From: Candidatus Thorarchaeota archaeon
GTDB taxonomy: Archaea > Asgardarchaeota > Thorarchaeia > Thorarchaeales > Thorarchaeaceae
Assembly (NCBI GenBank): GCA_008080745.1
Contig: SHMX01000011.1
Coordinates: forward strand, 22,738 to 54,737
Direction of reading: 5' to 3'
Length of the DNA: 32,000 bases
Shown: one piece after another, positions 1-9,220 of the stretch
How the letters are laid out: each line of letters opens with the position of its first letter
Numbering within the stretch: position 1 is the first letter of the stretch
Position numbers and translations under genes: made by a program
Notes under the pieces: generated by a model
What the model saw: only the letters and a program-made list of their open reading frames with translations
Databases searched by the model: none
What the model was told of the DNA's origin: nothing

Positions 1-7
1 ATACGTA

Positions 8-298
8 TTGCCCATTTTGCTACCAATATTCGGATTTACATTACTAATGCTTATCGTCATATTCGGATTCATCTTTGGAGCTATCAAATGGGCATCAGGG
101 AAAGCAGGTACTATGCAATACCAACATTCTCCACGCATTACAACCACAATGCATCATGCTCAAAGAAAGTTCTACTTGATTCCAGTAAACTGTCCACATT
201 GCCAAAGTGAAATCGAGTTAGGGAGAGCAGAATGGCGAGATGACCGGACCATCATTTGCTCCCGATGTTTTACCGACATTGAGATTCAGAAGACGTAA
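8..298 (+). CDS. Small membrane-anchored zinc-ribbon protein, probably 5'-truncated by the window edge
   Basis: Hydrophobic N-terminal helix (PIFGFTLLMLIVIFGFIFGAI), then CPHC...CSRC. The frame is open to the window start and the TTG at 8 is probably not the true start. Confidence 0.7.
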   Translation: MPILLPIFGFTLLMLIVIFGFIFGAIKWASGKAGTMQYQHSPRITTTMHHAQRKFYLIPVNCPHCQSEIELGRAEWRDDRTIICSRCFTDIEIQKT

Positions 299-367
299 CA
301 ATATGCGATATTGGGAAAAAGAAGAGAAGGTATCTGTATAGAACATACAGATACATACCAGTATTAA

Positions 368-1315
368 TCAGCCGACTCCAACAACTTCAAAGTCATCGAA
401 ATCTTCAGGACCTGAATTGCGCTTCGCCAACATCACTACAACGCCAATGATGACTATAGCACCAACTACACCGATACCAACAATCATGATTTGTGAAGCG
501 TCCATCACCAAGGGAGGTGGTGTGTCGCTTGTTGTGGTAGCAATTCCGCCAGATCCCTCGTTAATATCAATACCATAAGAAATAGTGACTGTGTCGTCTT
601 GGTCTAGAGCTGAAAATACACAATACCATGTTCCAGAGGTGGGGACCTCAAATGGACCGATGTCAGCCTGATGGTAATCATCCTTTATTGCAAAACCTGT
701 AGCACTGCCACCAGTCGTCCAAGCATTGTAGTTACTTTCATCACAGATGAAAAAATAGATTCCATCCGATGAGAACCAAGTTGAAAAATGACCGTCTATT
801 TCATCACCAGCATCGAGATTGAATGAGGTATACCACCATTCATCGGTCTCAAGAGTTTCTCCATACCTAGTATAATCCCAGTTTGATGGGTTATAATAAG
901 GAGAGTTGTCATCATCTAGATCCACACCAATATCCACAGTTACAGTGGTAGAACCTTCAGCATTACTGAATACGATATGCCAAGTATTAGTGGTCTGCAC
1001 AGTAAAGGAGATACCCATGGTGTGAATTCCTTCACTTAGCTCATATACGGAGGCACTTCTTCCGGCTTCCCACTCGCCCATATTGTAATCGTCAGCTATG
1101 AAGAAGTCAAGACCCTGCGTTTCAGAATGGGTTTCAAAAAAGCCAGAGATATCTGTACCAGATGAGAGGGATCCCGAAACATCGTACCATTCACCCGCAT
1201 TAAGAATAACATTTGTGTATTCGTTGTCCCAATCTGACGCAGCTACGTGCTGAGTCGAACTTGACGAAATGAGAATGAAAGAGAAAAACAACAAAATCAA
1301 GAATTTTTTATCCAC
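368..1315 (-). CDS. Type I membrane/surface protein with two tandem emp24/GOLD-like beta-sandwich repeats
   Basis: GTG start, signal peptide, two approx 100-aa internal repeats (L..[GD]EW...S..L..G..I.G.F.T.....G..FFI.D......W..G.SA.........H......F.V.T..TW..VFS), S/T/P linker, C-terminal TM helix and short acidic tail. Confidence 0.75.
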   Translation of the reverse strand: MDKKFLILLFFSFILISSSSTQHVAASDWDNEYTNVILNAGEWYDVSGSLSSGTDISGFFETHSETQGLDFFIADDYNMGEWEAGRSASVYELSEGIHTMGISFTVQTTNTWHIVFSNAEGSTTVTVDIGVDLDDDNSPYYNPSNWDYTRYGETLETDEWWYTSFNLDAGDEIDGHFSTWFSSDGIYFFICDESNYNAWTTGGSATGFAIKDDYHQADIGPFEVPTSGTWYCVFSALDQDDTVTISYGIDINEGSGGIATTTSDTPPPLVMDASQIMIVGIGVVGAIVIIGVVVMLAKRNSGPEDFDDFEVVGVG

Positions 1316-1463
1316 AGTAAATTCACCTTTGTAGGCTGTAAATAGGAAAGTAGATACAGAAATAGATTTTGGATACGTGGAAGAAAACCATAACTGAGAG
1401 GAGCTTTCTTTTTGAGGCTAATTCAAACACGTAAGAGGTATTAATGACAAAATCCATTGATTC

Positions 1464-3692
1464 ATGGTTGCAATGAGTGAAGTTCCACCTGTATGGCAGA
1501 TGATAAAGGAAGCAATTGATGCGCTCGATGGACGGGCTACTCATGCGGAGATACGTGAATACATTCAGACGAAATATGGCGATATTTCGGATGCGATGAT
1601 TAAGACCGAGATAAATTTCTGTTCCGTCAATAGTCCAACAAGAATATACGGTCCAGAGAATCAAGACCCACGAAGTACTAGGAATCCAGATGATAGATAC
1701 GACCTTTTGTATCGTGTAGAACGTGGAACTGTAATGAAATATGACCCATATATTCATGGATACTGGGAGATAGCCCAGGACTCACAGGGAAGAATGGTTG
1801 TCAGACAAGATGTGATGGACGATGCAGATGTATTCCTTGAAACTAAAGACCCAGAAGAATTACGCAGAATAGGAGACCGTCTTGAAGAGCGACGAAGATA
1901 TGTTGAGGCGGAGCTTGTCTATAGGATTGCCATCGATTTGGATGAAGAATACCATGCAGCATGGAACAATCTTGCTCTAGTTTTGGAAAAGCAAGGACGA
2001 TATGAGGAGGCAAAAGAAGCCTACGAAAAAGCAATTTCTTTGAATCCGAATGACCCTGCAACTTGGAGTAATCTTGCAGATGCTCTAATTGAAATGAAGG
2101 CATTCTCTGAAGCAGAGAAAGCCTACAAGAAGGCACTGGAACTAGACAAGGAGAACCCGGTAACATGGAATAACTACGGTCTTGCCCTTGAAGAACAGGG
2201 ATTTTATGAGGAGGCAGAACGGGCTTTTCGAACATCTGTAAGAATCAATCCAGAGGATGCAGTTGCTTGGGGAAACCTTGGTGACCTTTTAGAACGTGAT
2301 GACAGACTTGAAGAGGCCGAACATGCATATCGACGCTCCGTTGAATTAGATCCAGATAATGCAGACATCTGGTATATGTTAGGATGGACACTAGAACAGA
2401 TGGACCGTTATGATGAGGCAATTGAAGCATATCGCTGGTCATCAGACATCGACCCAAATGATATCGAGATTTGGAAGAAGTTAGGAGAGGTTCTGCAATA
2501 TGTAAATCAATACGCAGAGGCATCCGATGCATATAGGAGAGCAATTAGAATAGAACCGAATGATTCCAAATTGTGGAGGTCATTTGGTTGGGTGCAACTG
2601 ATGGTCAACGAATTGAATACTGCTGAAAAATCATTTCTCAAAGCTATCAGTTACGAGTCGAATGATGTGATGTCCCGAATCGGAATTGCAGTCATCCAAA
2701 CAGAGGGGGAACAGTATAGTAGAACTATAAAGACATGTGAACAAATACTATCAATTGAGCCCGATAATCCATATGGGTTGGTATTTCGTGCTATAGCCAA
2801 ATGGAAACAAGGAGATATGGACGAATCTGAAAGAATGCTACATCATGCAACCGACCTTCATCCCGATTTTTATCTTGGATGGAGACACTTGGGAATATTC
2901 TACCAAGAAAAAGAAAGCTACTCAGAAGCAGAAGATTCACTCAGAATGGCCCTGGATCTTGAACCTACCTATGCAGATTTGCACTATGAATTAGGAGTTA
3001 TTCTTCTGGAACTTGATCAAAAAGAGGAGGCACTCAAAGAATTTCAAAGAGCGGTTAAATTGGATGACGGATTCGTCCAGGCATGGGCAAGATTAGCCCT
3101 CATAGCAGACGAACTATCAAAATCAACCATAATGGAGTCAGCCAAACAGAAATACAACGAACTGTCGAAAGAGGGTAAAAAGACACGTTCACCAGTTCTA
3201 ATTCCACCAGAAATAGCTGACTACGATGATGCGGAAGAGGTAGAAGAAATAGAAACTAGAAAACGAACTCGACGAACTTCACTTCAAACAGAAATAGATG
3301 AATTGGATTCATCCCAGACATTCACGACCCAGCTAATGGAACTGTTTGTGGACTGGTTAAAAAGAAAGGGGGTCAGTTCTAGGCAAGAGCCCGATCATGT
3401 TGATGTAATATTCCAAACAGAGAATCATACTTATGCTGTAGAGGTGAAAGCACTACGAAATCCAATAGATGATATTCGGGATGCGGTGGGTCGGCTGCTT
3501 CAGTACAATTTACTACCGGAAAGACGTCCTGCGGATATCTGGATTATCCTAACAGATGAAAAACCTGCAGATGCAGGACTTGTATGGATTCATAATCTAA
3601 GACAGAGAATGGGTAAAGAAAGTTTTCCAGTGTATCTGGGATGGCAAGAAGGTTCCGAGTTTATTTTTGATGAGATAGAATTGAATCTTTAG
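1464..3692 (+). CDS. N-terminal helical (HTH-like) domain + 12-13 TPR repeats + C-terminal PD-(D/E)xK nuclease domain
   Basis: Regular 34-aa TPRs from about aa 130 to 570 (W..LG..L...GRY.EA..AY..A..L.P). C-terminal VDV(I)F...AVEVK followed by IRDAVGRLLQY. Confidence 0.85.
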   Translation: MVAMSEVPPVWQMIKEAIDALDGRATHAEIREYIQTKYGDISDAMIKTEINFCSVNSPTRIYGPENQDPRSTRNPDDRYDLLYRVERGTVMKYDPYIHGYWEIAQDSQGRMVVRQDVMDDADVFLETKDPEELRRIGDRLEERRRYVEAELVYRIAIDLDEEYHAAWNNLALVLEKQGRYEEAKEAYEKAISLNPNDPATWSNLADALIEMKAFSEAEKAYKKALELDKENPVTWNNYGLALEEQGFYEEAERAFRTSVRINPEDAVAWGNLGDLLERDDRLEEAEHAYRRSVELDPDNADIWYMLGWTLEQMDRYDEAIEAYRWSSDIDPNDIEIWKKLGEVLQYVNQYAEASDAYRRAIRIEPNDSKLWRSFGWVQLMVNELNTAEKSFLKAISYESNDVMSRIGIAVIQTEGEQYSRTIKTCEQILSIEPDNPYGLVFRAIAKWKQGDMDESERMLHHATDLHPDFYLGWRHLGIFYQEKESYSEAEDSLRMALDLEPTYADLHYELGVILLELDQKEEALKEFQRAVKLDDGFVQAWARLALIADELSKSTIMESAKQKYNELSKEGKKTRSPVLIPPEIADYDDAEEVEEIETRKRTRRTSLQTEIDELDSSQTFTTQLMELFVDWLKRKGVSSRQEPDHVDVIFQTENHTYAVEVKALRNPIDDIRDAVGRLLQYNLLPERRPADIWIILTDEKPADAGLVWIHNLRQRMGKESFPVYLGWQEGSEFIFDEIELNL

Positions 3693-4903
3693 TGTGTTCG
3701 AAGAGCAGCCAGAGGTACATCACGAACATAGCTTTGGTCTGTCTTCCATCCAATCTCATCATTGTGATTCTCATGATAGAAATAATAGGTAAAAGCTGAG
3801 TCAAACTGCATCTGGAGAACAGACACATTGTCGGCATGTTCCCATATAAACTCTGAAAATTCTGGAGCAAAGGAGGGAGACGAGGTAGTGAACAAAACAA
3901 AACTATCCTCGTCCGATACCAATTGACACTCGAAGGGAACAAGCTTGGATCGGACGAAATGATGTAATGTCGAATTGTTCAATTCTGAATTCGGTCGGAA
4001 ATAGCCAATAATCGCTTGTGGATATGTCAAATCGAATACAGACCGATCATAATAGAGTTGTTCATCAGGGGCAACAGACTTGCGGATTTTCTTTACTCTG
4101 CGTGAAATAGTGGTCGGGTCACGATTATGATGATCTCCAAGATCTTTCTTAGGAATCTTGGAATTGATGGTCAATTCTCGAAGAAGTAATTTGTCAAGAG
4201 AATCAAGGGAAACTTTCTTCTTCAATTCAAGAGCGGGAAGAGATGGAATCTCTTTTTCGTGTTCAATCATTTTGTCCCAGATAATATCAAGGGCACTCTG
4301 TTTTAATCCCGGTTCAGATTTCAGGGCAGATTCAATCTTCCATGTGTTTGACTTCTTATCCCATTGACTAAAGTCAGCGGGAATTTTCGACGTATACAGT
4401 GAATTCTGAGTCTGAAAACTCTCGAAAAGACCCTGTTTCTGAAGGTCTTCAAACAGAGATTTCATTTCATTTTCAGTTGCTGGAGGGATATCGAACTGAG
4501 CATAAAAAACAGCCCCACGCGAATATGCTACCGTGCGATAATGAGTGTATGGATGCTCATCACACAACAACTTCAATTTGTTCAAGCTTTTCCTATCAGG
4601 AACCTGATGGAAGAATACATGCTGACGCCTCAGACCGAGCTCATGTGGGAGGTAGACTACCTCTATCTCTGTCTGTATGCGTTTTCCAAGAATTGGATCT
4701 GTTATTTCCTTATCAACACGAAGGAAACCTTTCTCCTTCATCTGAAGCAGCCTAGTACGTACTGTTTCAATAGACACGGAAATCTCAGAGCTTGTATTCA
4801 CAGCTGATTTAATCTCGTGAAGTGTAGATGATGGGTTATTCTTTAACTGAAGAAAGATTTCATAATCCTTCATATCGAATTCATAACCCCTCCAAGCAAC
4901 CAT
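3689..4903 (-). CDS. Tandem (double) Lrp/AsnC-like winged-helix transcriptional regulator
   Basis: Two wHTH segments (DYEIFLQLKNNPSSTLHEI...ETVRTRLLQMKEKG; LDSLDKLLLRELTINSKIPKKDLG...PTTISRRVKKI), each followed by an alpha/beta domain. Overlaps the convergent TPR gene by 4 nt. Confidence 0.75.
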   Translation of the reverse strand: MVAWRGYEFDMKDYEIFLQLKNNPSSTLHEIKSAVNTSSEISVSIETVRTRLLQMKEKGFLRVDKEITDPILGKRIQTEIEVVYLPHELGLRRQHVFFHQVPDRKSLNKLKLLCDEHPYTHYRTVAYSRGAVFYAQFDIPPATENEMKSLFEDLQKQGLFESFQTQNSLYTSKIPADFSQWDKKSNTWKIESALKSEPGLKQSALDIIWDKMIEHEKEIPSLPALELKKKVSLDSLDKLLLRELTINSKIPKKDLGDHHNRDPTTISRRVKKIRKSVAPDEQLYYDRSVFDLTYPQAIIGYFRPNSELNNSTLHHFVRSKLVPFECQLVSDEDSFVLFTTSSPSFAPEFSEFIWEHADNVSVLQMQFDSAFTYYFYHENHNDEIGWKTDQSYVRDVPLAALRTH

Positions 4904-4957
4904 TTAGTTTCACCTTTTCATCAATGTTCTGTCGTTCTTCTGTTTCTTGAGTTGTTA

Positions 4958-5458
4958 CTAGTATACAACTAGTGTTGGTTCTCCACCAGGCGACCCTCCA
5001 GGAGGATCAAAGGTATGACTCACTGTGTCAGAGTCCCAGTATGGTGAGATAAGCAGTGCATCGACATGAATCGTATAATCACCACTCTCAGTAGCATAAT
5101 CAAAGAATACATTTCTGAGATAAATTGTGTCGGTCCATGCAAATACATGAACTTCATAACAATATGAAGCCCCAGAGGGCAATTCAAGAGTTATCCAGTA
5201 ATAGTATTCGTAAATCCAAGAACTTGATAACTCGAATTTAATTACCGAGAATACATCATTTTCCATACCATCTCCATCCAGACAAGTGTAGTATGCTGTT
5301 TCGATAGATACAGCAATACGAGGACTGGTAGGATAAGCAGGATATGCACTAACACCAGATACCGTGGACATAACAAAAAACAGTGAGAAGAGAACACCAA
5401 ATAGAACAACCCGAGGGCGAAGTGATCGGCCAGAGTTGGCTTTGTTGGTCTTTGTCAT
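4958..5458 (-). CDS. Secreted/exported hypothetical protein (beta-rich, Ig-like), 166 aa
   Basis: Start refined to ATG at 5458 (MTKTNK). Basic N-region plus hydrophobic signal peptide ending VSA, LDGDGMEND acidic loop, C-terminal FDPPGGSPGG. Confidence 0.7.
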   Translation of the reverse strand: MTKTNKANSGRSLRPRVVLFGVLFSLFFVMSTVSGVSAYPAYPTSPRIAVSIETAYYTCLDGDGMENDVFSVIKFELSSSWIYEYYYWITLELPSGASYCYEVHVFAWTDTIYLRNVFFDYATESGDYTIHVDALLISPYWDSDTVSHTFDPPGGSPGGEPTLVVY

Positions 5459-5479
5459 GTTTCCCAGCTCTATAGTGCA

Positions 5480-5556
5480 GGAATTACAAAAGGATATATA
5501 TATCAATTCCGAAAAATCCCGCATGCCATTTTTTCAACATGTTTATATATAATATT
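5480..5556. promoter_or_regulatory. Divergent promoter region with two TATA-like elements
   Basis: Palindromic GATATATATATC (5493-5504) flanked by inverted GGAATT/AATTCC, 35 nt upstream of the 5458 start. TTTATATATAATA at about 5542-5554, upstream of the protease. Confidence 0.45.
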
Positions 5557-5644
5557 TGACATTCGTGCAAGATAAGAAACTGACCTGATTGGGACCACCA
5601 AGACGGTCACGCTTCCGATTAACAATGATCGGGAGCATTCGGTG

Positions 5645-7495
5645 ATGAGAATGAAGAACAGACACAAAATGGTGTTGTTCGCAGCCGTATTGGCAGCAGT
5701 ACTTGTTTTTCCAAATCTATCTGCTATGCCCAATGCGACTGTTACAACAAGTTCGAATTATGTTGATGCTGTGATTATGTTTAATCCCGGTGTCGATGTG
5801 AATTTACAAGATTTTGACATTATTCACGAGTATAGCTCATTGAATGGTGTTACAGCAAGAATCCCCATGGTATTCTACAGAATACTGGAACAATCTTGGT
5901 TCGTATCAGCAATACAGATTGACCATGAAGTAACGATTTTCCAAGACACTCTAGATTGGGGTGTTGACGATGTCGAAGCAGAACGTGTATGGGGCGGTAG
6001 TGAGAACGCGATTGATGTCATCAGTGGTAATGTTGATGGTACCGGTATCAATGTAGCAATCTTAGATACTGGTATTGACTATACCCATCCTGATTTGGAT
6101 GACATCTATGCTGGCGGTTATGACTTTGTCGAGAATGACAATGACCCCAAAGACGAAAATGGCCACGGTACTCATTGTGCAGGAATAGTTGCTGCAGAAG
6201 ATAATGGACAAGGCGTCATTGGTGTCGCACCTCATGCCTCAATATATGCGGTACGAGTTCTTGATGCACAAGGTTCTGGCTCTATCAGCGATATTGTTGC
6301 TGGGATTGATTGGGCTGTAAACAACAACATGGATATAATTTCCATGAGTCTAGGAGCTAGTTCGGGAGATTCATCCTTGGAGTCTGCAGTTGATCAGGCC
6401 TACAATGCTGGGCTTGTAGTGGTTGCAGCTTCTGGTAATGACGGACATAATGGAATCTCATATCCGGCAGCATATTCAAGCGTAATTGCAGTTGGAGCTA
6501 CCGATTCTAATCATAATCTGGCTAGCTTTAGCAACTATGGAGCTGAACAAGAGGTAGTTGCACCAGGCGTGGACATCTATAGTACCATGCCAACATACAG
6601 AGTCACTCTGAACTCTTGGTGGTATGGTGGATTAAGCCAAGACTATTCCGAGATGGATGGTACATCAATGGCATGCCCGATGGTTGCTGGTGTTGCAGCA
6701 CTGATTCTTGATGCAGATGCAACACTAAGTCCTTCAGAGGTAAGGGATATACTACACACTACTTCAGTAGACCTTGGCTCATCGGGTTGGGATAGCACCT
6801 ATGGATATGGACTAGTCGATGCAGAGATGGCTGTTGAAGAGGCTGGCGGAGGAGGAACTCCAACAGATGAGAAACCAACGGTTTCAATTGTTGATCCAAA
6901 TAACGGTGAAACTGTTTCGGACACTCATAGAATCTACGTATCAGCCAGTGATGACAATGGTATTTCAAAAGTAGAAATCAATGTTGATTCTGGAAACTGG
7001 ATCGATATAACAAGCAATTTCGATGGAACATACTACTATTACGACTGGGACACCACTCAAGAGTCAGATGGTAGCCATACAATAAACGCTCGTGCCACAG
7101 ACACAGCAAGTCAGACCGATACTGATTCAATATCCGTAACCGTGAACAACGGAGGTACTACTACCGACACGATGCACGTTGCATCAATTGCAATGAGCTA
7201 TGAAGAGGTACGCTGGTGGTTCTGGGTTATCGGATATGATGTATACACCGAGGTAACAGTACATGATGGGAACGGAAACCCACTCGAAGGCGTAACTGTA
7301 TACCTTGAAATGACTCTCCCAGATGGTTCAAGCGCAACTGGTAATGCTGATACCGGGTCTGATGGAATTGTTACTTTTGTCTTAGAACAAGGTGATTCGG
7401 GAACCTACACTTCCACAGTGACAGACCTTCAGAAGACCGGATACAGCTACGTATCATCTGACAACGTAGAAACCTCAGAAACTCTAACTATCTAA
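5645..7495 (+). CDS. Secreted subtilisin-like S8 serine peptidase with C-terminal Ig-like domains
   Basis: Signal peptide and propeptide. Catalytic motifs ILDTGID, GHGTHCAG and GTSMACP, oxyanion ASGN. Two Thr/Asp-rich beta-sandwich domains at the C-terminus. Confidence 0.95.
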   Translation: MRMKNRHKMVLFAAVLAAVLVFPNLSAMPNATVTTSSNYVDAVIMFNPGVDVNLQDFDIIHEYSSLNGVTARIPMVFYRILEQSWFVSAIQIDHEVTIFQDTLDWGVDDVEAERVWGGSENAIDVISGNVDGTGINVAILDTGIDYTHPDLDDIYAGGYDFVENDNDPKDENGHGTHCAGIVAAEDNGQGVIGVAPHASIYAVRVLDAQGSGSISDIVAGIDWAVNNNMDIISMSLGASSGDSSLESAVDQAYNAGLVVVAASGNDGHNGISYPAAYSSVIAVGATDSNHNLASFSNYGAEQEVVAPGVDIYSTMPTYRVTLNSWWYGGLSQDYSEMDGTSMACPMVAGVAALILDADATLSPSEVRDILHTTSVDLGSSGWDSTYGYGLVDAEMAVEEAGGGGTPTDEKPTVSIVDPNNGETVSDTHRIYVSASDDNGISKVEINVDSGNWIDITSNFDGTYYYYDWDTTQESDGSHTINARATDTASQTDTDSISVTVNNGGTTTDTMHVASIAMSYEEVRWWFWVIGYDVYTEVTVHDGNGNPLEGVTVYLEMTLPDGSSATGNADTGSDGIVTFVLEQGDSGTYTSTVTDLQKTGYSYVSSDNVETSETLTI

Positions 7496-7510
7496 GAGTT
7501 GTCTTCCCCT

Positions 7511-7542
7511 AAGCCCGATTCTTTCGGGCTTCTTCTTTTTTT
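7511..7542 (+). terminator. Hairpin + U-tract terminator candidate
   Basis: AAGCCCGA-ttctt-TCGGGCTT (8-bp perfect stem) followed by CTTCTTTTTTT, 15 nt after the protease stop and between convergent genes. Confidence 0.7.
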
Positions 7543-9031
7543 ATTCGAATTGTGGCCTCTTCTTCTTTTTGAAAACGCCTCTTACACTTTCTAATGGAAG
7601 TTGGAGAGTATGCCGCAAGCCATCAACAGTAGAGAGGTTGCGTACATTTCTTCGAGTTTCAGCAATGATTGCATCGATTATTACCTTCTCCTCAACTTCA
7701 CCCTGTTCCTTAACCAGAGCTAATCGATGAATTGCATAAACACCAATCAATACGGAGAATAGAAAGAGGAAATCAATGCCGGAGAGATAGATTGTGTTGA
7801 ATATGATTTGGCCCATAGGATTGTTCCAAGTGAAGGTGAATATGAGTTCATGTTCTGCTAAGAGATCCGCCGAAATGCCACCTATGATTGGAGCCACTGA
7901 TGCCGCAGAAGATATGACAACACTTCTTGTTGCAATGTAACCAGGAGCCTGCCCTCTGGGTGCGAGTTTCAACCCGATATTAGTGGATGTCAGGTTAACA
8001 CCTGCAGCAGACAGGCCAGTAAGAAGATGAATAATAACAAGAAGGGGAATATCTAGAAAAGCTTCCTGAGCAACGGTGGTAAATGCCCAGAGAAGAGTGC
8101 CCACAAGAAACAGAGGTGCAGTTATTTGCAGAACCGATTTGTTGGTGAACCGATCAGACAGCGAACCCCAAAACCTGAAGAATACGATACTGACAATCTG
8201 GGTCAATGCAGAGAGGCCTGTTGCAATAGGTAATTCAAGTCCCAACCGAGTCAAGAGATATACAGTAAAGAATGGTGCTACTAAACTGGTGCTGAAACTC
8301 CATAGACCAGAAAAAATCATGAGATTTCTAAAATTATCGTTTTCAAAGGGGTGACGGATTTGGTCTAGGAAACCGAGCTGTTTCTCCGACACCTCCATTT
8401 TTGGCTCAGGTATAGATTGAGTAAGAATAAGAGAAACAATTCCAAAAGAGAAGGCCAGAAAGAAAAGAAAACTGTAACTGTAAACGGTTAATCCAAAACC
8501 CCAATTACTCCACTCACCTACAATAATGCCACCGAGGAAAGTTACTATTACCGCTATAATGGCATTATAGGCTAAACGCCGTGAGAAGAAACGTCCCAAC
8601 TTGTTTAACGGTACCAAATCACGCAACCAAGAATTCCAGCTAGGAGAACCAATTGCGATGAATGCAGATTGGATTGCCACAGTACCAATGAGAAAAATCA
8701 ATGATAAGTCGGGGGTACTGAGAAAGGGAATCAAAGCCATAAATAGGATGGCAAGCCGACTACCAATTGTGGTAATCGTGTTAATACGCTTACGTGTTCG
8801 GTATTTCTCCACAATATAGATCGAGGGGATTTGCAAGAACTGAGTGATAGAGGGAGTTGCAGCTAAAAGACCAATGACAGTATTAGGAGCCCCCAATAGA
8901 ATAGCAAATGCTACTAAGAAGACACCTTCTGTAAGAGTGATTTTTACTTGAGAAGCTAAACCTTGTTGAAGGACTCTTCTAAGTGCCTTATCATCCACTA
9001 TTGTAGAAGATTCTGTCACTTTATCACTCAT
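7541..9031 (-). CDS. MFS transporter
   Basis: About 12 hydrophobic helices, MFS motif FWGSLSDRFTNK, and WLRDLVP...GRFFSRR. Start refined to ATG 9031 (MSDKVT). Confidence 0.9.
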   Translation of the reverse strand: MSDKVTESSTIVDDKALRRVLQQGLASQVKITLTEGVFLVAFAILLGAPNTVIGLLAATPSITQFLQIPSIYIVEKYRTRKRINTITTIGSRLAILFMALIPFLSTPDLSLIFLIGTVAIQSAFIAIGSPSWNSWLRDLVPLNKLGRFFSRRLAYNAIIAVIVTFLGGIIVGEWSNWGFGLTVYSYSFLFFLAFSFGIVSLILTQSIPEPKMEVSEKQLGFLDQIRHPFENDNFRNLMIFSGLWSFSTSLVAPFFTVYLLTRLGLELPIATGLSALTQIVSIVFFRFWGSLSDRFTNKSVLQITAPLFLVGTLLWAFTTVAQEAFLDIPLLVIIHLLTGLSAAGVNLTSTNIGLKLAPRGQAPGYIATRSVVISSAASVAPIIGGISADLLAEHELIFTFTWNNPMGQIIFNTIYLSGIDFLFLFSVLIGVYAIHRLALVKEQGEVEEKVIIDAIIAETRRNVRNLSTVDGLRHTLQLPLESVRGVFKKKKRPQFE

Positions 9032-9132
9032 TTCAGTTTTCTCCAAGAAACGACAACCATTAGATGATACATTCAAACTAATGAACACTTGGTCTAAAAT
9101 AGGAGTATAAATTGTGTTAGCGATAATAAGTA

Positions 9133-9220
9133 GGTAGGCTTCCAGCAAGGCGCACTATTTGGGTGTGGTAACGAAGGAACATGTGTTACCATAATGTCCC
9201 CTGCCAGGGGGCCTACCCAC
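9133..9220 (+). ncRNA. Candidate structured ncRNA / leader RNA of unknown family
   Basis: 11-bp terminal stem GGTAGGCTTCC (9133-9143)/GGGGGCCTACC (9207-9217) with two G-U pairs valid only on the + strand. Internal hairpin TGGTAAC/GTTACCA. TATAAATT at 9106-9113, 27 nt upstream. 54% GC over 9131-9220. Confidence 0.5.

Noticed and set aside
1323-2544. Minus-strand ORFs 1323-1757, 1843-2235 and 2245-2544
   Set aside because: Shadow ORFs antisense to the TPR gene, with atypical composition.
1851-3176. Periodic sequence as a DNA repeat array or CRISPR
   Set aside because: The approx 102-nt periodicity reflects protein-level TPRs with diverged codons. No identical direct repeats with spacers were seen anywhere in the window.
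4158-4807. Plus-strand ORFs 3661-3942, 4158-4367, 4399-4755 and 4541-4807
   Set aside because: Antisense to the Lrp-like gene with no recognisable motifs.
9032-9148. Longer N-terminal extensions given by the ORF track (MFS from 9148; also 5524, 11326, 20687, 22920, 25553, 29241, 30219)
   Set aside because: The extensions run through AT-rich TATA-containing or other intergenic DNA and encode non-conserved-looking sequence, so downstream ATGs were preferred.
9133-9220. Fluoride riboswitch, C/D or H/ACA sRNA, or tRNA
   Set aside because: Lacks the GAUGG / AAC-GC / GCURAUG consensus and pseudoknot, has no C/D boxes or terminal ACA, and no T-loop.
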